From the IMG/VR virus record IMGVR_UViG_3300023083_000001, positions 194,358 through 258,357 of that record: a stretch of DNA of 64,000 nucleotides. One strand, 5' to 3'. Under the pieces are notes generated by a model that saw only the letters and a list, made by a program, of their open reading frames with translations, ran no database searches and was not told where the DNA came from. The position numbers and the translations under genes were made by a program. Positions within the stretch are counted from its first letter, which is position 1, and each line of letters starts with the position of its first letter. Below, one piece after another: positions 33,637 to 41,887 of this stretch.

Positions 33637-34929
33637 TTACCTCAAAAAGCCCTCTACATCCAGAGGGGTGGTTTTCAGTTCCTTAGCGTGGGCAGATCCC
33701 ATCATCACGGCCATCATGGTCGAGGGGATCTCGCTAATCATGGAACCGACAGAGTCGGGGTACTGGCTTACCTTGTCGCCCATGCACACGGTACAGACAT
33801 CGCCACGTGGGGTAATGCAGTAGGTGGGGGCAAAGATACCGTAGAGTTTGCCTTCGTATGTTCCCAGGTTCTCAGCGGTGATCTTGACGGGTTTACCATC
33901 GTCTAACAGCGTGCGGCCAATCCGACGTTTATCGATAATCACATCCAGTGTGTTCTTGGTACCACAGAACTCTTTGACGATCCGGGCGTTCTGGAAGATA
34001 CGTCCCATCAAGTCCACGTCTTCACCCGCCAGTGCAGTCAGAGCACCACGGTAGTAGGAACCTGCCCGCAGTGAGTTGACCATGTCTGGATACTTGGTGA
34101 CATCCAGACCTTCATCCAGAGAGTTCTTGATCAGTGTGGCGCGTCCGCCTTCAGAGAAGCCGGCCTCTGGGCCGTGAATCAGGAACATGCGTTTGAGCGC
34201 AGTGTTCAGAGACTTCTTCTTATAAAGGAATCCTTCAGCAGGATCCCCCTTTAAGTTGTTCTCTATGTAGTTTTTCACCAACGCGTCTTGAATCTTGGAC
34301 TGAGCCACTGGGTCGTCAATCTGATCCTTGTACTGCTCAAACAGTTCATCGCGCAGCTTGGTGTTGTTGGCAGGCGCTTGAAGCGACTTCTCCGTTACAG
34401 AAGGTACAAACAACTCATACCCCGCCAGGTCGCCAATAGCTTTGCCAAAGCGCAGCCAATGTTTGACGTACAACTGACCAGCGACATCCCTCCCCTCCGA
34501 AGGGTCATCCTGCATACGGTCAACGAAGATCTGTTCGATACTGCCCAAGTCAACAGGGCCGACTTGATATTCGATACGATCCTGCGCTGCGTAAACCAAC
34601 ACGCGGCTGTTGAAGATGAGATCGCCCCATGTACCATTCTCCAGATCGACCTTCAGGTTCTCAACATCACCTGCTTTGATCGGTCCGGTTTCTTCGTGGT
34701 AGATGAATGGAATCTCGTAAGGGTTAACGCCCTCAAGTGGTTGCCATTCAAAAGTCCCCGTTTCATTAGGGACATACACCTCAACGCCTTCGGGGTTGTG
34801 TTTCAACGCCCAAGGTTCTGGTTCACCACCGATGTCAATTACAACACTCATGGCACGCAACATCCATTTACGGTCGTAATGCGCTTTGGCCTTGAGAGAC
34901 CCGATAAAGTAATCGTACTTACGCATCAC
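33637..34929 (-). CDS. Virion RNAP beta' middle subunit (phiKZ gp80-like)
   Basis: NSLRAGSYYRGALTALAG (bridge-helix-like), FCGT, YCITP..DVCTVCMG, MGSAH. Confidence 0.85.
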   Translation of the reverse strand: MMRKYDYFIGSLKAKAHYDRKWMLRAMSVVIDIGGEPEPWALKHNPEGVEVYVPNETGTFEWQPLEGVNPYEIPFIYHEETGPIKAGDVENLKVDLENGTWGDLIFNSRVLVYAAQDRIEYQVGPVDLGSIEQIFVDRMQDDPSEGRDVAGQLYVKHWLRFGKAIGDLAGYELFVPSVTEKSLQAPANNTKLRDELFEQYKDQIDDPVAQSKIQDALVKNYIENNLKGDPAEGFLYKKKSLNTALKRMFLIHGPEAGFSEGGRATLIKNSLDEGLDVTKYPDMVNSLRAGSYYRGALTALAGEDVDLMGRIFQNARIVKEFCGTKNTLDVIIDKRRIGRTLLDDGKPVKITAENLGTYEGKLYGIFAPTYCITPRGDVCTVCMGDKVSQYPDSVGSMISEIPSTMMAVMMGSAHAKELKTTPLDVEGFLR

Positions 34930-35809
34930 CTTCTCCGAAAATGGATTTGTATTTCTCAGCGTAACGAGGACGTAGTTGTTCAGCCTGACGACGAACGTCT
35001 ATTTCGAAACACAAGTCGTCCAGACATTCGCCGATAGCTACTTGAGCTGATTCAAAGCTTTCGCTGGAAATAGCGGCCAGGGAGAACAGTTGATCCACTT
35101 GTGTCTCAACCGGCTTATCCAACAACCGACCCACATGAACGCCGTACAGACTTTCAAGCGACGAACCCAGTCCCAAGTTCTGAGAACCTAACGTAGCGCC
35201 GAGAGAATCACCGTTAGCTTTTACCAAACGTGATAATCTTTTGAGCAAATCAGGCGACCCATCTTCACTGGTAACATCGTCGGTAGTCACTGCGTCCGCG
35301 CAGACCTTCCGTACGGTCTTAGTGAAGCCGTCGCTGATCTGCACCAACTGTGGGATCCATTCTTCGTAATCGAACGTACCGAGTTGATCCACGATCTTGC
35401 AGAAAGCGTCATCAACGTCTTCTGCCGAATCCAGCAGATCAACCAACACACCTGGTGTATCGGTAGGATCGAAGTTCAGGATGATATCCGCCGCTTCGGC
35501 GAGCATTTCCAGTGGGATGTCGGGGTTGAGTTCTACGCCGCAATTGTTGAGCGCACGTTCGGTCGACAGGCGCAGGATCTCGTCAACACTGACGGTAACT
35601 TGCTCTGGTCCGATATTGTGCGAACCCAACTCTCCAAGCAGAGCATCCAGTTCATCCAAGTGAGCCTTCCAGTGGCAGGCGCTTAACGTTTGATTCAGTC
35701 GGACATAGAGTTCCTCCAACTCTGGAGAGCAACGGTCACGTACTAAGGTACGGATAGTCCACTGAATGATGTCGTCATCTTCAAAATCGGCATCGGGTAA
35801 AACGTTCAT
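34919..35809 (-). CDS. Acidic conserved protein, probably virion-associated (gp79-like position)
   Basis: 296 aa coupled to the vRNAP gene. Confidence 0.7.
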   Translation of the reverse strand: MNVLPDADFEDDDIIQWTIRTLVRDRCSPELEELYVRLNQTLSACHWKAHLDELDALLGELGSHNIGPEQVTVSVDEILRLSTERALNNCGVELNPDIPLEMLAEAADIILNFDPTDTPGVLVDLLDSAEDVDDAFCKIVDQLGTFDYEEWIPQLVQISDGFTKTVRKVCADAVTTDDVTSEDGSPDLLKRLSRLVKANGDSLGATLGSQNLGLGSSLESLYGVHVGRLLDKPVETQVDQLFSLAAISSESFESAQVAIGECLDDLCFEIDVRRQAEQLRPRYAEKYKSIFGEGDA

Positions 35810-35841
35810 CGGACAAGCTCCCCGTCAGAACTGTAATTAAA

Positions 35842-35863
35842 CATAAATACGACCTTATATATG
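35842..35863. promoter_or_regulatory. Possible divergent late promoters (TATG on both strands)
   Basis: CATA at 35842-35845 and TATG at 35860-35863 in the divergent gap; TATG is the known phiKZ nvRNAP late consensus. Confidence 0.35.
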
Positions 35864-35894
35864 GGTCATCTAAAGCTTCATACTAGAGGTTATC

Positions 35895-36359
35895 ATGTCA
35901 GCATCTCATCAAACTACGCGATTCGGTTCGCGAGACGTAGATCTCAGCGCTCAGTGCGATGAGATTGAAAAGGACACGGTCAAGCTTTGCCGCTCGGTCG
36001 GGCTCGCTATCCGCGCAGCTATCCAACCCATTGAAGAACTACCGCTGTCGTTGTCGCTTCTCGAACAGGCGGGTCGTAAGGCCGACATTCCTAAACTGGG
36101 TCAGCTGGTCCAGTCGATTGCTCGCGATCAAGACAAGTTCATCGCTGAGAAAACGGCCCTCGATGCAAAGTTCGAGTCGCTGAAGAACGACCGCCCTACC
36201 AAGAAAGGTAGTCTGTCTCGTTATTCCAACAGCGTATCCTTTCTGGGTCATGAATACATCGACCTGAACCAACGGATCGCTCAAACCATGGGGATGACGA
36301 TCGGCGATTACTTCGATCTCATCCAACCACTAACCGAACCCGCTGAGGCTGTATCGTGA
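35895..36359 (+). CDS. Conserved hypothetical protein (helical)
   Basis: 154 aa; GAGG SD; GTGA overlap with the next gene. Confidence 0.78.
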   Translation: MSASHQTTRFGSRDVDLSAQCDEIEKDTVKLCRSVGLAIRAAIQPIEELPLSLSLLEQAGRKADIPKLGQLVQSIARDQDKFIAEKTALDAKFESLKNDRPTKKGSLSRYSNSVSFLGHEYIDLNQRIAQTMGMTIGDYFDLIQPLTEPAEAVS

Positions 36360-38170
36360 CCGATAGCAAAACTCCTGACGACGAAGTATCGAAAGACGAA
36401 CCCGGTGTCCACACCGGTAGCCATCAAGACGATAGCTCTGCACCTGCCGAGACGGTTGTTGATTCGGCAAGCGGTGACGAACCTCTCCTGGCACCGCCGG
36501 TTGATGAGGATGAAGATACGGTCAGTCAGCATCTGGTTGACGATCCTATTCCAGCTCCTGAGCCACAAACAGAACCTGCCGGTCAAGCAGGTGCTGACGA
36601 AGAACCTGAAGCAGCGCCTGACGTTTACGCCGGTATCTACACACCGAACGAGAACGTCACTGAAACGCTGAAAGTGCTCGACGAACTCACCGACGATGAA
36701 CTGCGGGCTTTGGCCAAAAACGGTTCGGTACTTCTTTCCAACATGGAAGAAGAAGAGTTGATCAAGATCGATGCCATGGTCCGTCAGCAAATCGGACGTA
36801 ACCAGAAGCATCGTCGTAAGCTGGTTGACGATGGCGTTCCAGGTGATTGGCAAGCTGTTGAATTCATGCGGGGCGATAAGCCCATCATCGTCTTCATGAC
36901 AGAAGCTGAACGTGAAGCAATGCAGGTGCTCGAGTTTTACAGCCGCTCGATCCGTCACGGTACTGGTCAGGATGTTTTCACCGACGGTAACAAGTGGACC
37001 AACCTGCCGGCGATTGGTGATTCGAAGATTGCCATGGGTCTGGTTGACCACAGCAAGAACAAAGATCCGATCGTTGTGCTGCGTCATAAGCTGGGTCTGT
37101 CGAGTGAACACTCCGTCCCGATGTGGGGCACGGGTCTTCATTTGTCTCTTGAAGGACCAGGGGCTCTTGAGAACCTGATGCTTGACACCAAGCTGCTCCT
37201 CGAGAAGATCGATCAGGGCCGTGGCAGCAGCGGTTATGTCTACAGCGCCTCATCGGTTTACCTGAACCGTGAAGTGGCCTCGTTCGTGCTGAACAAGGTA
37301 CGTTACTCTACGGCTGGTACTGTGGACGTGGAAACGCTCAAGGACCTGTTGCTGCTGACTGACCTGGAACCACTGGCTCTGGGTGCTGCATCGACCATCT
37401 TCCCAGACGGTTACATGTTGCAACGTCCGTGTCTCACCTCCCAGGGTGGTTGTGGTCATGTGATTGAACGCCGTGTGAATCTACGTCGGATGCTCTTTGT
37501 CAGTGATTCCAAGCTGACCAAAGATCAGTTGCAGTTCATGTCCAAGCGTTCGGGTCGTGTTGACATCTCCACCATCAAGACTTATCAGGAGCAGATGCGT
37601 CCTCATATTTCCCGCCTGGTGGCGTTGAAGAACGGTCAAGCAATCCGTCTGCGCGTTCCGACCATTGCAGCCTACGAGCGTATCGCCGGCGCCTGGATGG
37701 ACAAGATGCAGAACAAGGCCAAGGAGCTGGTGCAGTCCAACGCCAATGAACAAGAACGTAACAACTACATGGCTCGGGCTACCAACGTTGCATTGTTGAT
37801 GGCGTACGGTCATTGGGTTGAAGCGTTTGTGGACTTGGGTAACGGTCTTGACGATGATGCAGTTGACATCGTTAGCCGTGCTGGTTCCAAAGATGCAGAA
37901 GTTCAGTACAAGGCGGACATGGCGATTGACAAGTTGCTGGAAGATCTTTCCGGCGACGTTGACTTGGCTACGAAAGTAGTCACTGCGATTGAGCAGTTCA
38001 TCGTCGACATGACCATCGCAACGGTAGCTGTACCTAAGGCAATCTGCCCTAAGTGCGGTAATCCGGTATCGGGTGACGAATCTTCCAAGCATCCACACTT
38101 GGTTAATATTAACCCGATCGAACTTTTTTTTACCCTACTCCGCCACAAAATAATGACTGCCGGCGGATAA
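36356..38170 (+). CDS. Putative tail/baseplate assembly chaperone (G- or T4 gp26-like) with Zn motifs
   Basis: 604 aa; acidic N-terminus; PCL...GCGH and ICPKCG; slippery site near the 3' end. Confidence 0.7.
   Translation: MTDSKTPDDEVSKDEPGVHTGSHQDDSSAPAETVVDSASGDEPLLAPPVDEDEDTVSQHLVDDPIPAPEPQTEPAGQAGADEEPEAAPDVYAGIYTPNENVTETLKVLDELTDDELRALAKNGSVLLSNMEEEELIKIDAMVRQQIGRNQKHRRKLVDDGVPGDWQAVEFMRGDKPIIVFMTEAEREAMQVLEFYSRSIRHGTGQDVFTDGNKWTNLPAIGDSKIAMGLVDHSKNKDPIVVLRHKLGLSSEHSVPMWGTGLHLSLEGPGALENLMLDTKLLLEKIDQGRGSSGYVYSASSVYLNREVASFVLNKVRYSTAGTVDVETLKDLLLLTDLEPLALGAASTIFPDGYMLQRPCLTSQGGCGHVIERRVNLRRMLFVSDSKLTKDQLQFMSKRSGRVDISTIKTYQEQMRPHISRLVALKNGQAIRLRVPTIAAYERIAGAWMDKMQNKAKELVQSNANEQERNNYMARATNVALLMAYGHWVEAFVDLGNGLDDDAVDIVSRAGSKDAEVQYKADMAIDKLLEDLSGDVDLATKVVTAIEQFIVDMTIATVAVPKAICPKCGNPVSGDESSKHPHLVNINPIELFFTLLRHKIMTAGG
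38125..38167 (+). other. Putative -1 programmed frameshift signal (slippery heptamer plus hairpin)
   Basis: CTT TTT TTT ACC in frame; 7-nt spacer; tccgcc (38139-38144) / ggcgga (38162-38167) stem. Confidence 0.65.
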
Positions 38171-38619
38171 GGACCAACGCCAAAGGGGTATTCGAAGATT
38201 TCATTCACCACGTCGGTAACCTGAACTTTGGGGAGGGTAAATCGCCCTTCACAACAGGGACTGAGTTAAACGACTTGGTGATGAATGAAACGATTCCCGA
38301 TGACTGGACCCGTCAACTGGCAATGATGGAAACGTACGATCAGTCCATGGGGATCTTTGACCATGACTCAGCTGAAATGACTGATCCACTTTCTGTCATT
38401 GGGTTCCACCCCGCCGAGGATCCTGTAACAGGAAACAGACTGGAGATCTTGATGCGTGAGTTGATCGCGTGTCGAATTCCAGAGCTGACCAACACGCCTC
38501 TTGCTGAACTCCTCAACTATCCACGTCACTTACTGGATATGTTGCTCAAGGACGGACGTAAGGCGCGTAAGAAGGAAGAGGCGGATATAACCCAGTTGAA
38601 CCTGGACTTGTCCGGGTAG
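38131..38619 (+). CDS. Tail-assembly-chaperone T-like ORF, probably expressed as a -1 frameshift extension (track ORF 38275-38619)
   Basis: Frame open from 38113 to 38619; no well-spaced SD before TTG 38275 or ATG 38281; TPLAELLNYP...LL resembles GT/gpE'-type tails. Confidence 0.65.
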   Translation, partial: YPTPPQNNDCRRIRTNAKGVFEDFIHHVGNLNFGEGKSPFTTGTELNDLVMNETIPDDWTRQLAMMETYDQSMGIFDHDSAEMTDPLSVIGFHPAEDPVTGNRLEILMRELIACRIPELTNTPLAELLNYPRHLLDMLLKDGRKARKKEEADITQLNLDLSG

Positions 38620-38641
38620 CAGTGCGTGACGGAGCGAACAG

Positions 38642-38673
38642 CATACAGCCCCGGCTCAGGCCGGGGCTGTATG
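38642..38673. repeat. Palindromic CATA-stem-TATG element at a convergent junction
   Basis: catacagccccggc-TCAG-gccggggctgtatg (14-bp stem); near copy of the 31952 element; no U-tract. Confidence 0.88.
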
Positions 38674-38677
38674 TCGC

Positions 38678-40009
38678 TTACTGAAATTTACCGTTCAAAG
38701 CCTTACGGTACTTCCAGAGTACTGCCTGTTCCGACAAGGTGAAGTCTTCTTTCTTATCAGTCACGTAACGGTCCATCGTCTTCGCTACGTTGAGCGCAGC
38801 TTTGGATACAGCGATCGTTACGTTGTTACGGTTGGCTACCAACATCCCGAGAGAATTCTCAAGCGCTGTGAAGCCTTGCAGGATCGAAGTCAACGACATG
38901 AAGAATGGAGCCAGCTTGTTGACGTAAACATCTTGCAGCGAGGCAGGAAGCTTCGTCTCGTCGAAGGACTTGATACGATCCAACGTCGGAGTGATGCGCG
39001 CAGTACTGCTGTTGATCAGACCGTTCAGATCCGAAGACCAGTCATCCACACGCCCTGTCACGATCGTCTTGGTGAAAGCAGCTTCATCAATAGGAGGACG
39101 GGAGTTCTCAGCACTGCGATAGCTGTTGAGCAGGAAACCCGACATGCTTTGGAAGTTGGTCATCTTACTGTTGACCTGAACACTCTTGGTGGAGTATCCA
39201 GCTTCAGTCACCAGGCGCGTCAACGCCCCGCTGGTCATGTCTACCAACTCGATCTTGGCAATCGCCAGGTCGATGTCGGCAGCCGTCTGCGCAACGATCA
39301 ACTCTTTCAGGAACGCATCCACACCTTCAACGAATGGCGAGACTTTGAGAGTCAACACACCGATGATGGTTTTGAACGCTTCATGATGTTGTTCCGGCGC
39401 TTGTAGAAAACTCTGCTTCAGGCCGTTCCATTTGTAGGCGTTGTGGGCTTCGCTCTTGAAAGCACCATCTTTGACTTTCTTGAAGTCACCAGCCATGCGA
39501 GTGCCGGAGACGACTTTGTCGGTTTCGATGATGTAGTTCTGAATTGCAATGAGTTTCCCGCCCACGTCGTCCACCGCTTGTGTACGCTGAGTATCGCTTT
39601 GAATGAATTGCCACAGACGTTTGAACGACTTGACAACGAAATCCAGGATCTGACGAAGTGCCTTGACTACAGCTTCAAACGCTGTACGTGTAAAGCCTTC
39701 CATCGACACGTCGTAGTTCACCCTGGAAGGTTCCAAGGTAAAGCTGTTGATCGGGTATTGATCGACCAGATCGTTGAGTGCTGGGTACAGAGGTGTTAAA
39801 GCCTTGACGCGTTCCATGTCACCACGGCAGATGTACTTACGGTCTACGATGGTGCTGTAGGCGTCGAACACCGTTACCATGTTACCGTACTCTTGATCAT
39901 GCACTGGGTTCAGCAGGTCTGTATCTACAGCACTTTTAGCTCCGATCTCATCGGAGAAAGCTTCACCGGATTCGAATGACAGATTGTCCAAAGCGATACT
40001 TACGTTCAT
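38678..40009 (-). CDS. Internal head protein (phiKZ gp86-like)
   Basis: 443 aa; S-x-E protease-type sites (SFE, SME) followed by an amphipathic helix. Confidence 0.72.
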   Translation of the reverse strand: MNVSIALDNLSFESGEAFSDEIGAKSAVDTDLLNPVHDQEYGNMVTVFDAYSTIVDRKYICRGDMERVKALTPLYPALNDLVDQYPINSFTLEPSRVNYDVSMEGFTRTAFEAVVKALRQILDFVVKSFKRLWQFIQSDTQRTQAVDDVGGKLIAIQNYIIETDKVVSGTRMAGDFKKVKDGAFKSEAHNAYKWNGLKQSFLQAPEQHHEAFKTIIGVLTLKVSPFVEGVDAFLKELIVAQTAADIDLAIAKIELVDMTSGALTRLVTEAGYSTKSVQVNSKMTNFQSMSGFLLNSYRSAENSRPPIDEAAFTKTIVTGRVDDWSSDLNGLINSSTARITPTLDRIKSFDETKLPASLQDVYVNKLAPFFMSLTSILQGFTALENSLGMLVANRNNVTIAVSKAALNVAKTMDRYVTDKKEDFTLSEQAVLWKYRKALNGKFQ

Positions 40010-40061
40010 TTCACGTCCTTCAGTTTTGATTCGATACTACAGGCTGCTTAAGCAACCCGTC

Positions 40062-40484
40062 CTACACGCGCAGCAGGTTTACAGCTTCAAACACTTCAGC
40101 GTTCTGGATCTTCAGTGTTTCGATCTCAGGCATCAGTTCCAGCAGCGTCTGCGAGAACGGTGCGATTTGCAGCAGGTCTGAAGCCTTGGTGTTGAACGCG
40201 ATGTTGTAACGACGCTCGTACAGACGGAAAGCGTATTCACAAGCCCGGTCCACATCGAATGGCAGCGCTTCGTTGATTTCAAACAACGCCGCACGGCAGC
40301 TGTCAGCGTTCTCTTTGAAGTAGCCACGCAGATCGCCTTGGGAGATTGGCGACGACGGCATCGGGACAACCAGCGCGCAAGCCAGTGCGAGTACCACGGT
40401 GACACGTTGACGACGGTTCTCGACCGTAATACCTTCCGGCATAGCGGAGAGGGTCGACACGATATTGATAGCGTTCATTGCCAT
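40062..40484 (-). CDS. Small head-associated protein (gp85-like position)
   Basis: 140 aa; AAGGA SD; TAATG overlap. Confidence 0.7.
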   Translation of the reverse strand: MAMNAINIVSTLSAMPEGITVENRRQRVTVVLALACALVVPMPSSPISQGDLRGYFKENADSCRAALFEINEALPFDVDRACEYAFRLYERRYNIAFNTKASDLLQIAPFSQTLLELMPEIETLKIQNAEVFEAVNLLRV

Positions 40485-41785
40485 TATCCTTTCAGAGCAG
40501 CGGAGAGTTGATACAAACGATTGTTAGCAAGTTCTTCAGTCAACTCTTGCTGACCGATTTCTTTACCACGTCCAATGACAGCGTCCAGTGAATAACGAGT
40601 GATCTTACCAAACACATCAGACCATTCGTGCTTCTCTTCCAGTAGCTTATCCAGCTCATCGATCTCGGCCAGGATCTGTTTGCGAAACGCATCGTCGAGT
40701 GAGCGATCTTTTAGAACAGTCACCAACTCACGACGTAACGCTGCAATACGCTGAGGAAGTGTGGTGTATCCACTAGACAGTGCAAAGAACGTAAACGAGT
40801 TGGTTGCCATGCCGATAGCGAAGGTAGTAGCGATCCGTTTGATCGTGGCAAGAAGGACTTTAGCTGCACCTTCGGCCACAGTAGCGAATGGCAAGGCGAC
40901 GATGTTGGAAAAGTTCATCATCAGACCAAACCACTTAGGCTCATACCCGGCTTCAGCAAAGATCCCAGCACTGCGTTCTAATTTAGTCAGACCACGTGCT
41001 AAGTCCACACCCATACCCCATCGAGCCGCGAACTGATCAGCTACAGCTTCAGCCATGCGTTGATCGTACCACCGGGTATTGAGAGCACGCTGCATCCGAG
41101 TAACTTGACCTTCAAGCACCATCGCCACTACTTCAGCGCTGGTTACATCCTCACGCAGTGACTTGTCAACTTCAGCCAAACGCAGAGCAGCCTTACCGAC
41201 CCACATGCGTTTCTCAAGGGTTTCCTGATTGTCCATCCGACCCACTACTTCAGCCAGGATGTAGTTGGTGATCAACGTTTGCCCGAGGTATTCGTAGTAG
41301 GTGTAACAGTGACCCAACTCGTGGAAGTAAAAACCTGCCACTTCACCCGCTGTGAAATACCCGTCAAAGAATGACGGCGTGATCAAGAACTCGTTGGTCA
41401 ACTTGCTGAAGAACCCACCCACTTTAGCCATCTTCAAATCAACGTAACCGTCGATGATCTGATTGCCATTCATGTTATCCAAATCAAACTTGGCTAACAG
41501 CTTCTCTGCACGTGGGTTCAGTGGGGACAGTGCATTGAGATTAGGAACCATCGCCGCAACGTGATAAGGGCCACGCAGGAATGCCTTCTTAGTGAAGTAA
41601 GGCTTAAAACGAATACCTGTGGCGTCTAACGTCAGCTGGGCGATCTCGTTCAGATACCTCTCAATGAGGTGCAGTTCACCGTTAGCCGTCATTGCCTGTT
41701 GAAACAGTTTGGTCACGCGTTTCGGGTACTCGGCGTTCGTCTGAAAGGCAATCGCTTCCATCGACTCCTGTAGCGTAAGTGTCAT
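40484..41785 (-). CDS. Virion protein with M48-like zinc metalloprotease motif (gp84-like position)
   Basis: FHELGH, downstream EAVADQFAARWG, hydrophobic stretch; N-terminal SME site; ATG 41785 after GGAG. Confidence 0.7.
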   Translation of the reverse strand: MTLTLQESMEAIAFQTNAEYPKRVTKLFQQAMTANGELHLIERYLNEIAQLTLDATGIRFKPYFTKKAFLRGPYHVAAMVPNLNALSPLNPRAEKLLAKFDLDNMNGNQIIDGYVDLKMAKVGGFFSKLTNEFLITPSFFDGYFTAGEVAGFYFHELGHCYTYYEYLGQTLITNYILAEVVGRMDNQETLEKRMWVGKAALRLAEVDKSLREDVTSAEVVAMVLEGQVTRMQRALNTRWYDQRMAEAVADQFAARWGMGVDLARGLTKLERSAGIFAEAGYEPKWFGLMMNFSNIVALPFATVAEGAAKVLLATIKRIATTFAIGMATNSFTFFALSSGYTTLPQRIAALRRELVTVLKDRSLDDAFRKQILAEIDELDKLLEEKHEWSDVFGKITRYSLDAVIGRGKEIGQQELTEELANNRLYQLSAALKG

Positions 41786-41848
41786 GATAGTAGCTCCATA
41801 AGCCACGGTGGGAATCATCCCATTTGCAGTACAAATCTAATTGGTAGA

Positions 41849-41854
41849 CATATG
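41849..41854. promoter_or_regulatory. Possible bidirectional TATG late-type element
   Basis: CATATG in the divergent gap between the 444-aa gene and the exonuclease gene. Confidence 0.3.
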
Positions 41855-41887
41855 CTTTACGGGGAACTCAAATGAAAGAGGCAACTG

